A stretch of 63,474 nucleotides of DNA, the filler included, from Globobulimina sp. (Eukaryota), in NCBI GenBank assembly GCA_003354225.1. It is 35 parts of 35 records of this genome, joined end to end, with 100 filler letters (N's around TTAATTAATTAA, not from the genome) between each part and the next. Parts side by side here need not be neighbours in the genome. Positions count along the whole stretch, not along the records: positions 23,624 to 25,339 come from PIVH01012764.1; positions 25,440 to 27,155 come from PIVH01012765.1; positions 27,256 to 28,971 come from PIVH01012766.1; positions 29,072 to 30,787 come from PIVH01012767.1; positions 30,888 to 32,603 come from PIVH01012768.1; positions 32,704 to 34,419 come from PIVH01012769.1; positions 34,520 to 36,235 come from PIVH01012770.1; 28 more parts are not named here. The stretch is one strand, 5' to 3'. Positions 25,239-36,335 of this stretch are shown in pieces; position 1 is the first letter of the stretch, and each line of letters starts with the position of its first letter. The notes below the pieces were generated by a model, which worked only from the letters and a program-made list of their open reading frames with translations, was not told the DNA's origin and made no database searches. Position numbers and translations under genes: made by a program.

Positions 25239-25439
25239 ATATATAGCAATATTCTGCGTCATAATGTTATCGTAACAAACAAAGCAGAGTTATAGTTGTT
25301 TATCATGACAATATCCCAACTAAAATTGAACGACGTAGCNNNNNNNNNNNNNNNNNNNNNNNNNNNNNNNNNNNNNNNNNNNNTTAATTAATTAANNNNN
25401 NNNNNNNNNNNNNNNNNNNNNNNNNNNNNNNNNNNNNNN

Positions 25440-25500
25440 TAGCTCAATTGGTAGAGCGCTGTTTTATGCAGGGAATCCAGGTTCAAATCCTGGCGTAAGA
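25440..25500 (+). pseudogene. Truncated/degenerate tRNA gene; anticodon not assignable
   Basis: D arm AGCTCAATTGGTAGAGC and T arm CCAGGTTCAAATCCTGG; anticodon arm shortened; 5' end cut by the gap. Confidence 0.6.
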
Positions 25501-25633
25501 TATTGGCGTATGGCGCATTAATACAGGTTTGTTTATATTTTTGTTGTTAAAATTATGAAGCATTATAAATTATATAAACAGAAATATCATTATATCATTA
25601 AAATAAAATTTGTTATGGTAACAAATCATCAAA

Positions 25634-26764
25634 ATGGGTGCTTATTGTGTCAAAGCACAACATATTCATGACCTAAACATTAAAAATATTGCAGTAGAAA
25701 GTAACCACGTACCTCGACAAGGTGGCGGATTCTATGCAATTGCAATGTGTTATCGATTAAACCATGACCAACATAACGACGCCGAACAAGGTTTCTCAAT
25801 CACGGATTGTATACATAATACAATGAGATATTTACAAACATAATCTGTCCCAATTAAACAAACTAACGCACAAAACGGTGAATTAATGCATGGCAATACG
25901 GGCGCGACTGCACTATCCATATTAGGCATGATTGAGATTTGCATTGTCGACGACCAGGCGCTTCTATGCAGGCAGTATGCGCAGCAATTTATCGCTTGGA
26001 TTAACGGTTTACTTTCCACGCGAAAACATAATAAGGTCTTAAAAAAAGGCGCATTCGCCAAGAAATTGAGTGCAACGGATCGATATACAAAAAGCAGCGT
26101 AGATTACGACAGTGAATCATATCTCGCATTGTCTCGTTTATTACGATACAAATCACAATTAACGCCTATGATTGCTGCAGAATGCGAAATATGGAGCGAT
26201 GTATTGGATGTTGTGGACGGTTTGGATGAGTATTACATACAATATACATCTGAAGATGACGCGCATTGGTTACTACAAGCATGGTATGCGCGGTGGGTGA
26301 CGTTTAACGAAAAGATGCAGTATTTTGAGCATTTTGGCAACCATTTTATGTGGCAATTAATGCAAAATAAGCTGGAAACGGAAATGGACATTGATTATAG
26401 CGGTGGGAGATGCTATTTAGTGGAGGCCATGCTTGATTTGATGCATTCTGTACAGACAATAATGGCGCATTCGAGCTATGATAATAATGACAAAGCCGTA
26501 TTTAATGCGACGGTGTGGAGCGTAGTGGCAAAGCGCTATAAATCTATGACAATGCAGCAAGTATTTGCCAGTGAGGTTGATTTTTATTTTGAAGCGAGGT
26601 TTGATGGCGGTTTTTTGTCTGATAATTACAATGTTGATGGCGAGATGTTGAGTGAGCGGATGCGTATCGATGACACGCAACATTGTGTTTGTGCCTTGAT
26701 GAAAATGAAAGCGTTGCTGTTTATGGGAGTGCGTGAGTTTGAGTCGTATGGATATATGAATTAG
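25634..26764 (+). pseudogene. (alpha/alpha)-toroid protein resembling bacterial AMMECR1-associated six-hairpin proteins; in-frame TAA at 25841-25843; possible TM-anchor exon 26838-27084
   Basis: Motifs PRQGGGFYA, GATALSILG, DSESYLALSRL, AHWLLQAW and MRIDDTQHCVCAL. ORFs 25634 and 25886 share one frame. Confidence 0.5.
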
Positions 26765-27255
26765 TTGAGTGCTGTACAAAATTTGTTTATTTTAAGTACA
26801 AAATTGTTATTAATTGTGTACTGTTTGCGCTTTGAAGCAATGACCCAGTGATTGAGGAGAGTGTGGTGATGAAAAATGGATTTGCGAATGCTACCAATTA
26901 TGATATAATGATAAGCGCGATTTGCTTGGTGGTGGTGATCGTGTTGGTGAACATTATTTTTTTTTATTGGTGCTATTTTTATCCAAAAGAACAGAAACAG
27001 AGAAATGATTTGTTTTGGTTGGGACAAACTGGTTTGGAGTCACAAACATCGGATGCTGCAAATGCAGAGTCGGACGCTGCCTAAATCAAAATAAAATGTT
27101 GAATAGATTGTAAAAGACAATACGCTTCAAGGCTAGTAGATTTCCAGTTTTGACANNNNNNNNNNNNNNNNNNNNNNNNNNNNNNNNNNNNNNNNNNNNT
27201 TAATTAATTAANNNNNNNNNNNNNNNNNNNNNNNNNNNNNNNNNNNNNNNNNNNN

Positions 27256-28971
27256 CAATGGGAAGTTACCCAAATAGTGGAATAGCATCATTTTGCTCGT
27301 TTGTGCCGCCAGTACCAGGCCACCCAAAGGATGCTTATCGTTTACATGTTGATGCAAGGAGCGTTTCGACGGCAACTTGGTAGCCAGACACAATGATTCA
27401 TGGATGACTTTGAACACTAAGGATATGATCTTAGTGCTGCACAGCACAGTGGCTGGGAAACGGAACATCCATTCCAATATACAATAAATCTCATGCGTGC
27501 AGATGGTGCAAATCAGATTACGTTTCCCCGCGGCTTGGTCTCTGTCGCCCGCTGCAGACACAAACTCCAACGTATTTGCTAAAAAAGGCTCGAATAAGGT
27601 CTCGATGATGACTTCCAAAGAGATCTCGCAGATTTCCGCGCAAATTGGCGACAAGGATTCGATGGCACGGGTCGCCACCAACGACACGTGCATGTTTTTG
27701 TTGTTTATATTGGTGCCGGCGACGATGCAGTGGATGGCGGCAGAGATTATATTGATATTCTTCGACGAGGATACTTCGTCATAGACGATGAGCACTAAGG
27801 TCCATATCACAGTGTTTATGATGTTTGCGGGCAAGTTGTCCTGCAATGCAATGTAGCCAAACACATCGCAAATCGTATGTTTTATCTGTGAGAAGGAGAT
27901 GGATTTGTTCTTTTTGTTGCTGTCGTCGCTCACAACCAATGTGTTGATTTTTATTTTGTCAAAATGCGCCGCAAAACACACCAAACTCATAGCGATGTTC
28001 AATATGTCGTTGGCTTCCTGCTCTGCGAATACTTTGTTCTGTGCCTGATGCGTCTGATATTTCTTATCTTTGTTATAGCCGACAATTTTGCACATTACAT
28101 CCAAGAAATCGGGAATTAGACAGTTCACTCCGTTGAGATTCTTCCCAAAGATGCAACCTTTACAACACTCGTTCAGTACAATGCTGGTGATGCGGCTCGA
28201 GATTTTGCTGTCAAACGAGAGCTTAATAATTCTGTAATAAGTGGACAAATATAACTCATCAAACACCACCTCGCAATGCGTCAGGAATATGTACGATAAG
28301 CAACTGAAACTCATTCGGAATTCGCTCAATCGGTTCACTTGTTCGGTTAAGGAACAGTTGCACAAAATATCTATGCAGACATCAAACAGCCAGGCACCGA
28401 ATATCTCGATCAAAGTGGCGCTTTGCGGTAATTGTTCCCGTGGCGGCAAGGGCAGATTCTGCCGAATGGACTCAGATACATCGCCGCTGAGAGCTATATT
28501 GTTTATATCAATGGGGACGGAGATCAAACTGTGCGCAAAACCATAAATGGATTGGCCCAGACGACTGACCTCTTGCTCCCGGCCGTGTTTATGTTCCTCT
28601 TCGAACTGCCCATTGCCGCTCAACTGCTTTTCCTTCTCTTTCATCGCGATGATTTTTTGCATGCGAGCCCGGCTATATTCTTTGATACCTATTTCAGAAA
28701 AAAAACATGCAGCCAATCAAAAAAAAAATAAGCAACCAATCAAAAACATACCTAATGCACAGATAAATATCTTCAACGAATCACAAAAACCTTCCAAATG
28801 TATCAACCGAGTGTGATTATGCGTATTATCCACCGGCGAGCCTAACAAATGCAGCAATCGATCGAAAATCATAAAGGCTTCGTCCAAGCCTCGAAATTCA
28901 AAGATATCGATATTGAGCGCTTGCAATCTAGTTTCAATCTGAAAAAAATAATCCTCGCCGTCCATATCCAA
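27256..28971 (-). CDS. Ral GTPase-activating protein subunit-like (RalGAP/tuberin family), internal fragment; intron 28689-28751
   Basis: Motifs TLIEIFGAWLFD, LNGVNCLIPDFL and HYLGNFP. A 63-nt GT..AG intron removes the in-frame TGA. Confidence 0.65.
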
Positions 28972-29071
28972 NNNNNNNNNNNNNNNNNNNNNNNNNNNNN
29001 NNNNNNNNNNNNNNNTTAATTAATTAANNNNNNNNNNNNNNNNNNNNNNNNNNNNNNNNNNNNNNNNNNNN

Positions 29072-29958
29072 ATACAGAATTACAAAAACATATAACAACA
29101 TTGGGATCCAATGCTGAATTAATCAATTCACATTGTTATTTAATTGATGATTACACAAAAACTGGTAAAGAAAATATAGAAAAAGAATGTGATGCCATTA
29201 GAAAAGCAATTGAAAATAGAAAAAATAAATTAATAAAAGAGTTGTGTAAATTGCAACAATTAAAAACAACAAATGCTCAAAATATATTTCTCTCCGTTGC
29301 GGAAGACCTGAAGTTATGTGAATCGATAAATTTTGAAATTGAAAATTTAATTAAACGTCAAATACATCCACCACCAACACAAGAATACATAAATCAATTA
29401 TGTTGTAAAATAGATGAAGTTTGTTCAAAGCAAACCTATGATAATATTAACGACGCAACGAGTCAACAAACAGCTGCAATACAATCAAATTTTTATCGAA
29501 CAAGCAAATTGTTGAAAATGATAAAGAAATTTGGAGTTTTTGTAAAAAATAACTCTTCTTTAAATAAAAAGATGAATGAAGATGTTTCTCCGAAATCTGA
29601 AGATAAAGAAAATATAAATGTTCAGAATAATGCAAATTCCGATGATATTGTTATTGGCGGAGCTCGAGGCAGAGTGAGAAAAGCAAAAAAAAGAGATAAT
29701 GGCGTTTGTATATCAGATACGGCAAGAAAATGGAGAGAAAAACAAATTCAAATTGGCAGAGAAACTGAGAGTTATAGACAGTTACTTGAATTACACCCAG
29801 AGTATGCTCGGAAATCATGGCGAAAGAAAAATCCATCGTTTGTTGATGTACCCAGCATTGAGCCGAAAATTGGTAAACAACGATGGAAAGGCAAATATGC
29901 AAAATGGCGCGTATTTTTGCATGCATTTACACAAAAAGAGTGTAATAAAAATAATTAA
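29072..29958 (+). CDS. Coiled-coil protein with C-terminal SLBP (histone mRNA stem-loop binding)-like domain, 5' partial
   Basis: REKQIQIGRETESY...P...RWKGKYAKWRVFLHAF matches the pattern RxKQI.YGK.T..Y...R.W...KLW..ALH.W. Confidence 0.65.
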
Positions 29959-30012
29959 TTTGTTTTGTAACTTAATTATATTATATTTTGTGGGTTATTT
30001 ATGTCTTAAATT

Positions 30013-30787
30013 TTATTCATTTGAAGACGAATTCGATGATGAATCACTTTCCAATTCGTCCCAATGCTGCAATTGCGTTGAGTCTGCCGCTGGGAATATA
30101 ACTTTGTACCTGACGTCCAAACCATTTTCATTTCCGATGGTTCCACTGAGTTTGTCCGAGTCTCCATTCTGCACTGCATCATCATAATCGTCATTGCCAT
30201 CACTGTCTTCTTCGTAACATTCCATAATACGACGGTCGATATCAATTAATTCTGCATTTTTTTCAAGTAACTTAATGTTTCCTATTTGTGCTTTTACGTT
30301 TTTCCAACCTCTGTGGCTCGCAGCTGCCGCAGAAACGGTTTTGCCTTTATTTGCAACTCGTTTCTTAATCGTTTTTAATTTGGTTGCGAATTGAATTATT
30401 TTTGCACATTCTGAAAAGGAGAGAGCCGGTTTATTGTCAATGAATGATTTATTTTCTTTTTTGTACTCACTCACAATGTATTGCTCAATTTCAGCAATAT
30501 CATCATTTGGAAGCGATGTCGTTTTATTGGTATTTTTAGGTAATACATTCTCATCATTTACACGCAATGTCCATGGCCTCAAACACGACACAGTTCCTTT
30601 GCCACCGTGGAATGTTCCACAATGCGTTTTTGATAATTTTTGTTTGTTTTTGACGGATAATTGTTTATTAATTTTTTTCTGGTTAAATTTAAAATTATTT
30701 AATATAGCTTTTTGTCTGTTTTTTAATAATTCTTTTTGTCGATTATATTCGCGCGATAATTCTGCTTTGGAGTTATTTAATCTTTTG
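30013..30787 (-). CDS. Hypothetical protein C-terminus
   Basis: Charged ORF with an acidic tail. Confidence 0.45.
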
Positions 30788-30887
30788 NNNNNNNNNNNNN
30801 NNNNNNNNNNNNNNNNNNNNNNNNNNNNNNNTTAATTAATTAANNNNNNNNNNNNNNNNNNNNNNNNNNNNNNNNNNNNNNNNNNNN

Positions 30888-31758
30888 CAAAGCCCCCACC
30901 CCCACTGTTCAAGATATTGTCAATACATATTGCAGAGCAGGTGCAAATATCTGCAATCTTCAAAGCAGAGGTATTACGCATTTGGAATATGTAAATTTCC
31001 CACCGGAGATCACCATATTGTATTTATCACACAATTACATTGTATCATTGAAGAATTCAAGATTTCCTGCAAATTTAGTCGAACTATATATAGCTTTTAA
31101 TAGACTATATTTTGGTACAAGCAGTTCCTCAGTGAATATGACACATTTAACATCATTATCAGTGCTGAATTTAGATTATAATAAAATCCATGGACTTGAA
31201 AACGTGTACCTTCCGCACAATCTGACAATATTATCTTTGCGAGGAAATGCGATTCGTAGCCTATCTAACCTTCGTAGCATATCTTCATTACAAATGTTGA
31301 ATTTAAATTACAATGGAATAAAATCTATGGGAACTAATATTCGCGACAAGCTACCATTGTCATTAGAAACATTACTTTTACGTGAAAATAAAATAACAAA
31401 CATAGATACAGAAATTCCAAATGCTTTGACCGAGTTGGATTTAAGAGATAATCCGTTGACAGAATATCATATTCGAAATTGGAATGGTCGCTGTCGGGTA
31501 TTGACCGAAAACACTCCGCTGGAATCGTTGGAATCTAACTCCATTCTCGATCACATTTCTAGGCTACCAACGTTAGTATGGAATGAAAAAATGGTCATCC
31601 AAGCGAATTGTCAAATTTGTTGTGAAGATTTTGCGAATGGAGATAGTGTTCGCATATTGCCATGTTTACACAAGTTCCATTGTGATTGTGTGCAGTCGTG
31701 GTTGGTTGACAAACAAATTTGTCCGGGCTGTCGACATAATATAAATGAAGTTGAATAG
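30888..31758 (+). CDS. LRR plus RING-H2 E3 ligase-like protein, 5' partial
   Basis: LxxLxLxxN repeats; CQICCEDF...LPCLHKFHCDCVQSWL...CPGCR. Confidence 0.9.
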
Positions 31759-31969
31759 CTAATTCAACAGACAATAACACTGCTCCTTAATTTTAATAAT
31801 TTAATAGCTATTTAAATTTGTACATGAAAGGTATTGAAAACAACAATTTTCGCGAGTTTTGTCGTTTCAATATAGTGATAATCATAAAAAAAAGCAAACG
31901 TAGTTTTGAACGTACATTCATTCTCGTTTGTACATATTTTATTATTTGCATAGCGATATAATTCTTATA

Positions 31970-32471
31970 TTAAACTAAAGTTATTTTATTATTTGCATAG
32001 TATAATGCTGCAGTAAAACACAACTCATTCAGTGGTTTAGCCAACACATTCAATTTTTGTGTACCTAATAATTCATCATTTTCTCGAAATTCAACAACTG
32101 ATTGTTCAAAATCAACAACAATTTTTACAACACTGTTCTCTGCAAATGATGGAAGTTTCTGACAATATTTTAATCCAACACCCCCATAATTCCAAAATCC
32201 AATATTTTGCTGGAATGCCTGCATATTTTCAGGAATATCTTTATGTGCAATTCCAAAATGAAGACCGCTTTTATGACCGGCTATTTTATCAATCCTTACA
32301 TTCCACGTAATCACTCTTTTTTTGTTTATAAAATGAGTGGGAAATGTTGGACCTCTTGCAACAGTATTCCAACCACTGCCATTTCTTTGTATAGATTTCC
32401 CGTTTTTGGACAAATTACCTGATAAACCAATCCAATCGAACTCCCAATATATTTCATGTACAAGACTTGTA
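31970..32471 (-). CDS. SPRY/B30.2-like domain exon
   Basis: WNTVARG...ITWNVRID...LHFGIA...VVKIVVDFE..VEFREN. Confidence 0.55.
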
Positions 32472-32703
32472 GAATTCTACAACATTTCATGTGCATGACT
32501 TGTAGACTGTACATGACTTGTAAACATGGCAACTTGTAGACTGTGGATAACAATATCCACTCTTTCTTTCAAATCTGACGGTGTGCATGTTGGGACAACA
32601 GCGNNNNNNNNNNNNNNNNNNNNNNNNNNNNNNNNNNNNNNNNNNNNTTAATTAATTAANNNNNNNNNNNNNNNNNNNNNNNNNNNNNNNNNNNNNNNNN
32701 NNN

Positions 32704-32803
32704 GTTGGCTTATATCCAATAAAAGAAGCAATAAGAGTATCTTCTACATTATTAACACTAATTGAGAATTTACCATGTTCATTTGTAATTGTACCATTCT
32801 TAT
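32704..32803 (-). other. Bacterial CarboxypepD_reg-like fragment (N-terminus of Bacteroidota TonB-receptor type); probable chimeric join
   Basis: Minus strand reads DKNGTITNEHGKFSISVNNVEDTLIASFIGYKP. Confidence 0.65.
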
Positions 32804-33468
32804 CATTTATGTTCTATTCCTATTATAATCATAATGCGAATATGAACAATAACAATAACAATAATAATAATAATGATATCGATGAAGAAAAGGAAGAGAG
32901 GAAAGCATGGAATGCATCATTTAAGATCGTACCTATAATGGTTGGCAATTGTGGTGCTGTGGAGCATCAGTTATATGGCAAGATATTATCCCAATATTTC
33001 AGTGATGATAGGACATTATTTGTGATATCATCAGATTTTTGCCATTGGGGACATAATTATGGCTATACACCGTTTGATAAAGATAATTATAAAAAGACGC
33101 ATATTTATGAGTACATCAAAGATTTAGATTTTATGGCCATTCAATATCTTGAAAAATTAGATTACAACGGATTTTATAAGTATTTAAATCAAACACAAAA
33201 CACCATTTGCGGGCAACATCCTCTTTGCGTCTTATTAAATGCAATAAAAGCAAGCAGTAAACATAAAAATAAGAATAAGAATGAAAAAAAAGATAAAAAA
33301 AAAATAAAGGAATACCAAATGAGATTTGTTAATTATTCACAATCCTCAAAAGTTACAAAAGCAAGTCAATATTCTGTCAGTTATGCTGCGGGAGTTCTAT
33401 ACAAAATTGACAATAACAAGCAACATAATCATCAAAATGGGAAAATTAAAAATGGCAAAAATTACTAA
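32791..33468 (+). CDS. MEMO1: MEMO1 family protein, 5' partial
   Basis: Motifs PFL, IVPIMVG, FVISSDFCHWG, NTICGQHP and YSQSS...SVSYAAG. Confidence 0.92.
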   Translation, partial: VPFLSFMFYSYYNHNANMNNNNNNNNNNDIDEEKEERKAWNASFKIVPIMVGNCGAVEHQLYGKILSQYFSDDRTLFVISSDFCHWGHNYGYTPFDKDNYKKTHIYEYIKDLDFMAIQYLEKLDYNGFYKYLNQTQNTICGQHPLCVLLNAIKASSKHKNKNKNEKKDKKKIKEYQMRFVNYSQSSKVTKASQYSVSYAAGVLYKIDNNKQHNHQNGKIKNGKNY

Positions 33469-33724
33469 TAAATGCGTTAGTGATGGCGGTTGAACTGTAG
33501 ACTAAAATATTTTTGTTGCAATTTCTTTTCTTTCTTGATGTCATTTTCTATTCGATCCTTTTTTGATTTGTTTCAATTTTTATGATAAAATGCTGCGATT
33601 TATTTGTAATGTTTGGGGGTTAGTTCTTTTCATCACCAGTGGCCGCCAGAAGACGATAAGCTCATTTTTGAAACTAAGGTAGAAAATATTTCGAGTTTTG
33701 AGCTAGATCATCCTGTAACCGATC

Positions 33725-34419
33725 ATGGAGCCTGGATATGCTTTGTTGTTTTCCATATTAATGGTGCTTAAAATAGCCTGCAGTGAGAGTAGTGACTTTT
33801 ATATCAAAGAATGGAAAATTGATAACAATCATAATCTTACATCAGGTTTACAAGTGGGTGGTTGGGATATAAAATCGCAGATTTTTTATATTTTAGGCGG
33901 CAATGGAAATCAGGTTGATACAACAAGCGAATATATATATGATCCATCGACTGGGATTTATAATGTTAGCAACACAATTGAGCCAACATCGACATATCAA
34001 GGACAACAACACACGACAATTGTAGCAGATAATGGCAGTGCTTACATATATTTTGAAAATACAAATTATGAATATTATAACCAGAATTTTTATGTATTTG
34101 ATATGGATACAAATGTTATCAAACCAGGCGGAGAGAAGCCAACACAGTCAATTTATGAATGTTTTGCGAGTGATGACTCATATATTTATATTATTGGTGG
34201 AATACATTATTCTTCTACTAATTTGAATTATTTTTCAGCATTGAACATTTCCAGCAATGTATGGTATAAAGGTATTCATCTCGATATATTTCGAACAATT
34301 AAATGTCTCATTTTTTTAATTTCAAATACAAAGGAAATGAATTGAATGTTGGCCGTGTATCGTCCGCATGCATTGTTGTGCAGGATAACGTATTTGTGTT
34401 TGGTGGAGATTTCCCAATC
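33725..34419 (+). CDS. Secreted kelch-repeat protein; intron 34272-34333; 3' partial
   Basis: Signal peptide; FYILGG, IYIIGG and, after splicing, VFVFGG. Confidence 0.75.
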
Positions 34420-34563
34420 NNNNNNNNNNNNNNNNNNNNNNNNNNNNNNNNNNNNNNNNNNNNTTAATTAATTAANNNNNNNNNNNNNNNNNNNNNNNNN
34501 NNNNNNNNNNNNNNNNNNNTGTACTTTTGCTGTGTTCCAGTACATTAAATATGTGTTTTTCAG

Positions 34564-36168
34564 GCGAACGAGCACGGACAGTGTGGCAGGCGATCATTCC
34601 CGGAATGTTTATCTATCATTGTGCGAGCGGCTGGGCCTCGGACCACATCGCCAAAGGAATGTATGGTGCGATCATTGTGGAGCCGTATAATGGATTGCCG
34701 TATTCTGACATGGATGTGTATATAGGCCAAGGCGAGATCTATTTGCATTACCCGTTGGTGAATAATGTGGGTACCAAGTTCAACCGACCTACGCCGAATC
34801 TGCACAATACGTTTGATGACATCAAGGAGCGGTACGAGATGAGCGATGTGGTGATGATGAACGGCGCTCCTTTTGCCTTATTACACAATCCGATCATTAC
34901 TACGGTGGGCAGCATCGTGCGCGCTTTCATTGTGGCAGGTAAATAAAGCAAATATTATACCTATATATATGTAAATTATTATTTTTATTGTAAAAAACAC
35001 AAAAAAAAGGGGGTCCGAATCATCTATCATCCTTTCATTTGATCGGTGATCATTTTGACCGTGTTTGGTTACATGGGGATTTTGCGAGTTCGCCGCAGCA
35101 AAATATACAAACCACCACCGTGCCGCCCGGTGGCTGTGCAGTGGCAGATTGGCGGCATGATACGCCGGGAGCCTTTACATTGGTGGACCACGCCTTGACG
35201 CGTGCCTTTGTCCGAGGAAACTTGGGCATTATACGGGCGTGTTTACCGTCGGATGTTGGCTGTTTGTCGGGTGCAAAGAAGGAAACGTATGCGGGACTGT
35301 ATGGTTGTGACCGCGATCGATATGGTACTAATGAAACGTATTTAGGTGGCGATGATTGCGTATTCTGTCCCTGGAGACGCGACGACTTTGCATACTCCAC
35401 AGTGTATGAGGACACTGATGACATTTACAGTTATTTAGACGCGGCATGTAATATTACTGATCGCGTCACAGTGTGGCAAGGCGCTGAATCGATTCATAAT
35501 GACACTGTATCTGAGCTCCGTAACCAATGGCGAAAAAACCGTTATCCAGGTACTTTTTAAGTATATTTTATGTACAAAATATGTTGTTTTTGCATAAACA
35601 AACAGGCGAAAAACAGTGGACTTTATCCGAGAGATTACGTGTCGCGGATCCTATGCTTGGAAATCAAAGAGGAGGTCCAGGCGGAGAGGATGATGGCGAT
35701 TTTGATGCATCGCCGTGTATCGTTAATGTCGGGGACGTCAGTGTGATATCGATCGAATATTCCATGGAAAAGAGTGGAAAGGGCGAGATTACAATTTCTA
35801 CTTTGTACAATAGTGTGGATGGTGGCGGCTGGATAGGTTTTGGTCGCGGCGGTGATGGCATTTCGACCATGATGGATTCGCATATTCACACTGTACTTTT
35901 TAGTGAGGATTTGAATGAGGTTGAATTTGTAGCACATTTTCTCCGCGATTATGGCACTCCGCAGTTGGATGATTCGGATGAGAAGTTTCCAGTTTCTGGT
36001 GCATCGGTGAGTGTTGCTGATGGTGAGATAAGTTTTACGTTCAATGTGTTGGCGGGGCAGTGGATTGAGCACGGATTTCAAAGCTATGTACCGATGGTGG
36101 TCGCAATCGGTCAACTTAGGGATGGTAATGTTGAGACTGCGGATATGATTAAACATTTTAGTAAATGA
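34564..36168 (+). CDS. nirK: Copper-containing nitrite reductase with C-terminal DOMON-like domain; exons 34564-34938, 35010-35549, 35606-36168; 5' partial
   Basis: PGMFIYHCA..DHIAKGMYG (T2 His; T1 Cys, His, Met); spliced AGGPNHLSSFHLIGDHFDRV (catalytic His); QTTTVPPGG; PGAFTLVDHAL (T2 His). Both phase-1 GT..AG introns splice in frame. Confidence 0.9.
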
Positions 36169-36335
36169 GAGTGTGAATTTGTACAGAATTGGGTAGAAGT
36201 ATCATACCGGATTTTAAAATATAATTATGAAACTGNNNNNNNNNNNNNNNNNNNNNNNNNNNNNNNNNNNNNNNNNNNNTTAATTAATTAANNNNNNNNN
36301 NNNNNNNNNNNNNNNNNNNNNNNNNNNNNNNNNNN

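Noticed and set aside
25841-25843. TAA reassigned to a sense codon (alternative genetic code)
   Set aside because: TAA ends conserved genes such as eIF1A, GST and the S28 peptidase at the expected positions.
28717-28719. In-frame TGA between two ORFs as selenocysteine or readthrough
   Set aside because: It lies inside a canonical 63-nt GTATGT..AAATAG intron (28689-28751).
25634-33468. AMMECR1-associated-like protein plus MEMO1 as an AmmeMemoRadiSam cluster
   Set aside because: They are on different, artificially joined contigs.
35356-35372. CVFC in the NirK extension as a cytochrome c heme site
   Set aside because: It is followed by Pro, not His, so there is no CxxCH.
35527-36168. DOMON ORF as an independent gene starting at ATG 35527
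   Set aside because: Its first codons overlap the NirK exon and an AT-rich intron, it has no signal peptide or promoter space, and splicing joins it in frame to NirK. Not formally excluded without RNA data.
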